The position numbers and the translations under genes were made by a program. A stretch of DNA of 64,000 nucleotides, from the NCBI GenBank assembly GCA_002269645.1, contig NIVC01001486.1:266747-330746 (forward strand). The letters run 5' to 3'. How positions within the stretch are numbered: position 1 is the first letter of the stretch; each line of letters begins with the position of its first letter. Below the pieces are notes generated by a model, which did no database searches, was not told the DNA's origin, and worked only from the letters and a program-made list of their open reading frames with translations. Shown one piece after another: positions 60,329 to 64,000 of this stretch. The stretch is from Macrostomum lignano (Eukaryota).

Positions 60329-60405
60329 GTGTCCTTGAGCAAGACACTTATTTACTCTGCATTGCTTCGGTTCACCCAGCTGTAAAATGGGTGCCAGCAA
60401 TAGCT
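60329..60405 (+). mobile_element. Partial SINE (CORE-like segment)
   Basis: GTGTCCTTGAGCAAGACACTT...CACCCAGCTGTAAAATGGGTGCCAGC is shared with the 23401 and 63166 copies. Confidence 0.7.
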
Positions 60406-62066
60406 ATAGCAGTAACTGAGGGTGTGCTAGTCGTCAGGCATGTACACTGTCTGTCCCTCATTGGTTGTCAATTGCACAACAACCCTCGGGCAAGTTTCGT
60501 GCAAAAACCCCCTGAAAAATGGTTCCTTTCACGAAATCGTGAAAGCGAGCGAACGAAAGTGATAAAATTTTCCCGCAGCACAGGCAATATTTTTGGCGAG
60601 CTACAAAAGTTTAAACTTTCAGTAAAAGCATAAAACTGTAGGGACGTTGACCCTAAACTTTGCAGGCTCTAAGCAGAGCTACGGAGATACTCGCAGCACA
60701 GGAGAAGATGATGGAAGCTGTCGAGAGCCGACACTCAGTGGCGGTTTGACAGCTTCAAGCAGGCTGCAGCACAGATTGCAACGCCACCTGATACTCCGTC
60801 GATCCCTCCACATCCCTGTTGTGTCTTTAAAGGCAACCATGTGGACACAGAGCAACCATGCTCGCAATGACCCAATCCACTGACTACAACAGCTTTGTCT
60901 CGCCCTTTGTTCGGAAGGTGGCCGCCTCCCCAGTTACTAGCTCCCTAGCCTGTGAGTTTCCGTTATTGAAAAAATTTCTTCTATATACAATACTGTTTTT
61001 AAACATAGGAAGCAAGCCTCAAAACGAAGGTTTTCCTATTTTTTGAGCAGCTTTTTTTCTTTTCTTATCAGGTATTTCCCAAAACAATAGAAATCCTTGG
61101 AAGGACCGAACCAAAATGAAAACTAAAAAAAATCAATTCGTCAAATTTTTTTCTTCCATCTTTTATTGTCGAGATACTGCGGAAAGCGCGACCGCCGAAA
61201 AAGAAGAGATCGAGCTTTTGCGACGATCACGGAGGAACCATGCAGCGTCGCTAGCAGCTTCCTGCTGGAAGGTGGATTTCTGCCCTTCGAGTGTCTCAAA
61301 AGCAGCGCATGAGCTGATTAAAGTAGTCAGGTTTGCGTCGTTACCTAAATTGTGCGCTAATGTGCATAAATACGCATTCTTGTCAAAATCCCTAATTTCT
61401 AGATCCATCCTGTCTAGATCCATTGCGTGTACTGGTGCATTCCTTTTTGCACTGGTATTTGGATTCGAACTTAGGATCATGCTGCTTATAATAGGAACCT
61501 AGTGGCACAAATGAGAAAACTTCAATTGTAAATTAATTTTTAGGAAGGTGCAGGTGGCCCTGCACTGATGGTTGAAAGTTGTTGGACTCTGGTTTTGGGC
61601 AGCAAATTGAATGAGGTTTAAAGAATACGTATGGAAAGTGGATAATTAGAAGACTAATACAAGTAGTGAGTAAAAGTAGTATATTAGGAAGGTTTTCGAA
61701 CTAAGATGATTTTGTTTTTTTCTTTTAGAATAATCAATATACTTCGTAGAATTAATGGGATTACGGGGGAAGTGAAAACTCGAATAGCACACTCAGGAAA
61801 ACTATTGAAATAAATCTTAATCCCAGGAAGATGCATGGTTTAATGCCATTTGTTAATTGCCAAAAAGCTGATTGACAATCGATTTAAAACATTTTTTATT
61901 TAACTCACACTATCTCACAGTTACAAAGCGAATTCCAGCACATCAAAAATCTTATTAGATCAAAAACCGATTTTTTCTGAGATAAATCTTTTTCAGTTTT
62001 GTTCAGAGTCGAATCGTTGTCATGCTGTTTGGCTTCGAAGCCGCTTGTCCTTTTCTCTGAAATCAC

Positions 62067-62784
62067 CTAAGTTTTGATGAACACAGCCCACTCCGGTCCG
62101 GTCAGGCTGGCTGGCGGAAGGCGAACGGCAGCAGGCGGCAGGCGAGCAGCTGCTTCGAGAAGACGGCGGCGCTGCAGTTGGCTCTGGCGCTGCACTGGAG
62201 CAGGCAGTCCGCGTCAGACTGGGCAGCGGCCGGCCAGGACGAGTCCACGGCAGAGGTCACCGTGATGTCCTTCAGCACAGTGTAGGCATTGCTTTCTGGA
62301 AGTTGTGGTTCCAACAAAAACCTACTCAATTAGATAAATTCGCAACTCCAAGAGAACGGAGCAATGTTAACTTACTTGGGTAGTGCAGAGCGAACACGGA
62401 GTTGATGGTGAAGCCACCGCAAATCTGCTCTGGGTTTCCCTTGCACTGGCTGTTACATTTGCTATCGCTGAGCTGTCCGTGGAGTCCGTAGGAGCTGCCG
62501 CAGAAGCACTGCTTGCCGACCTGCACGCCGAAGTAGGGGAAGCCGAACAGAGAGCAGAAGTTGCTGCAGACCCCGAGCGTCATGTCAGGGCTGTACATTA
62601 ATGCACCGTCGGTGATGTACGATCCCAGATTGTTAAGTCCTTTCAGTGTTTTCAGGCCTGTCAAGTCTCTGTTTGGGTTAGCGGCGTCTTGGTAGCAACC
62701 GACATAAGAGAAATGAGCCACCCTGCCAGCCGCACAGGTCAAGAGGGCGCACAGCAACGCCGACTGCAGCTGGGAAATGCTCAT
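62067..62784 (-). CDS. WSC-PAN copy I, join(62067..62295,62376..62784); one 1-bp deletion in a C run near the 3' end; paralog of H
   Basis: Open exon 1 (MSISQLQSALLCALLTCAAG..., WSC), GTAAGT donor, TTCCAG acceptor. The PAN exon shifts at AF(P)P; restoring one C gives ...GPEWAVFIKT*. Confidence 0.82.
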
Positions 62785-63165
62785 TGAGAAGAACTACAAG
62801 GCGACAGTTTAAGTCTTTGGAGTCTTAATGATAGTGCTAGTGCTATCTTAGTTCTTAGTCGAATCAGTCTTTTATCCTGTTGCGAGTGCAGGCAGTAACT
62901 AGATGTAGATTACTATCCAATCAGGTGGTTTCCATTATTGTCTACGACATTCTGGAAAATGCTAGAAAGCCTATTGCGATTGGCTACGCACTACTGAATG
63001 CTGATTACCTATGATCGCAGATAAAGTGATAAGTTAGAAATAGGTCTAAATTTGCTGCAGTTCAGATGCCGACCAGATTTCGAGTACAATAAATAATAAT
63101 TAAATAACTGATTACTACTGACTTAATGGGCAGATAAACAAACGACATCTGAAAGCAGCGTACGG

Positions 63166-63363
63166 CTATTCAGTCCAAGGACTGGTTGGTCGACACACAC
63201 ACCCTGAATTACTCCAGCTAATGCTGGCACCCATTTTACAGCTGGGTGAACTGAAGCAATGCAGAGTTAAGTTGTCTCGCTCAAGGACACAAATTGTTCT
63301 AATTGGGTCGAGATCGAACCTCCAACCTTCCAGTCGTGAGTCCGACGCTCTAACCACTAGGCT
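63166..63363 (-). mobile_element. tRNA-derived SINE, best-preserved copy
   Basis: Reverse strand reads AGCCTAGTGGTTAGAGCG (A box), GGTTCGATC (B box), then the CORE-like body. Confidence 0.8.
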
Positions 63364-63399
63364 CTAGGTTTTAAGAATTCTCAGTAGCTGCTAAGGTAG

Positions 63400-63950
63400 A
63401 TGCCGACTTTTTCAAGCCGTTTGATGTCCTCTAGTTCTTGCACACCTATACCTGTGAAATTGGCTGAGTCCGAAGGCTCACTTCCCAGATAAAATTTTCC
63501 AACACGGAAAAAACTTTAAGATTGACACTCATCAGCAAAAATCTTCACCACACTATCTGACTCTTTGTCCTACGATGAGGGAAATACTGGCAAGAAATTG
63601 TGGTAAACGTCGTAGGACGAATACTTTTGGAGCCACATGAGACTGTTATACTGCTGCTGACACAACGTGTGCCTTTTTAATTGTTATTACGCACCGTGGA
63701 GCATCGGTGATTGATTAGAAATACTTTTTTACTTTTTCTAAACAGTCACATCACAACCAGTTTAGCAACCTGTGCAATTGCGCACTGATGCTCGAACTCA
63801 GATGCTAAAGCATCAAACAGTTTCGAAGCATTTTTGAAGCAGTTTTGCAGCATTGAAAATTTTTCCTGCGACCAACGAACTGAAGACTTGTCTGCTTCTG
63901 GCACTGAGGAATCGATCAGTATACGCGTTTTTCTCTGGGGCCGGAGTCCG
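63400..63950 (-). mobile_element. Highly decayed non-LTR (LINE) reverse-transcriptase fragment
   Basis: Minus strand gives VSCGSKSIRPTTF (degenerate GVPQGSILGP-like) followed, in another frame, by VKIFADE (YADD-like). Many stops. Confidence 0.4.
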
Positions 63951-64000
63951 GAGTCCGGAAACAGCGAGGAGGCGTTGCCGCCATTTCGCTAAACCTGGTG

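Noticed and set aside
61163-61480. 105-aa minus-strand ORF between copies H and I
   Set aside because: No recognisable motif, splice context or paralog in the window.
63290-63363. tRNA gene
   Set aside because: It has A and B boxes but runs into a SINE body shared with two other copies, and I could not close an acceptor stem.

Overview
Eukaryotic, repeat-rich genomic DNA: it has spliceosomal GT-AG introns, SINE/LINE/LTR relics and satellites. The style suggests an invertebrate, but the taxon cannot be fixed from sequence. Two things dominate. (1) A tandem family of about nine minus-strand, two-exon genes and pseudogenes encoding small secreted proteins (signal peptide + WSC domain + PAN/apple-like domain), plus orphan fragments, spread over 3.4-62.8 kb. 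(2) An 18,235-bp insertion (38800-57034) into that array, bounded by 114-bp terminal inverted repeats and a 6-bp target-site duplication (CTTAAA). Its only recognisable gene is a Polinton/Maverick-type protein-primed family-B DNA polymerase. That gene is split by spliceosomal introns, three of which fall in or at polymerase motifs A, B and C. A putative 10-kb first intron is almost filled by a very homogeneous 161-bp satellite of about 59 copies. I found no integrase, ATPase or capsid genes in the element. The rest of the window holds a Penelope-like RT/GIY-YIG fragment with a hammerhead-like motif, a Tc1 relic, Gypsy LTR/gag relics, tRNA-derived SINEs and several minisatellites. Many frameshifts are single-base losses in C/G runs and may be assembly errors. 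All domain calls come from motif recognition by eye; no database search was run.
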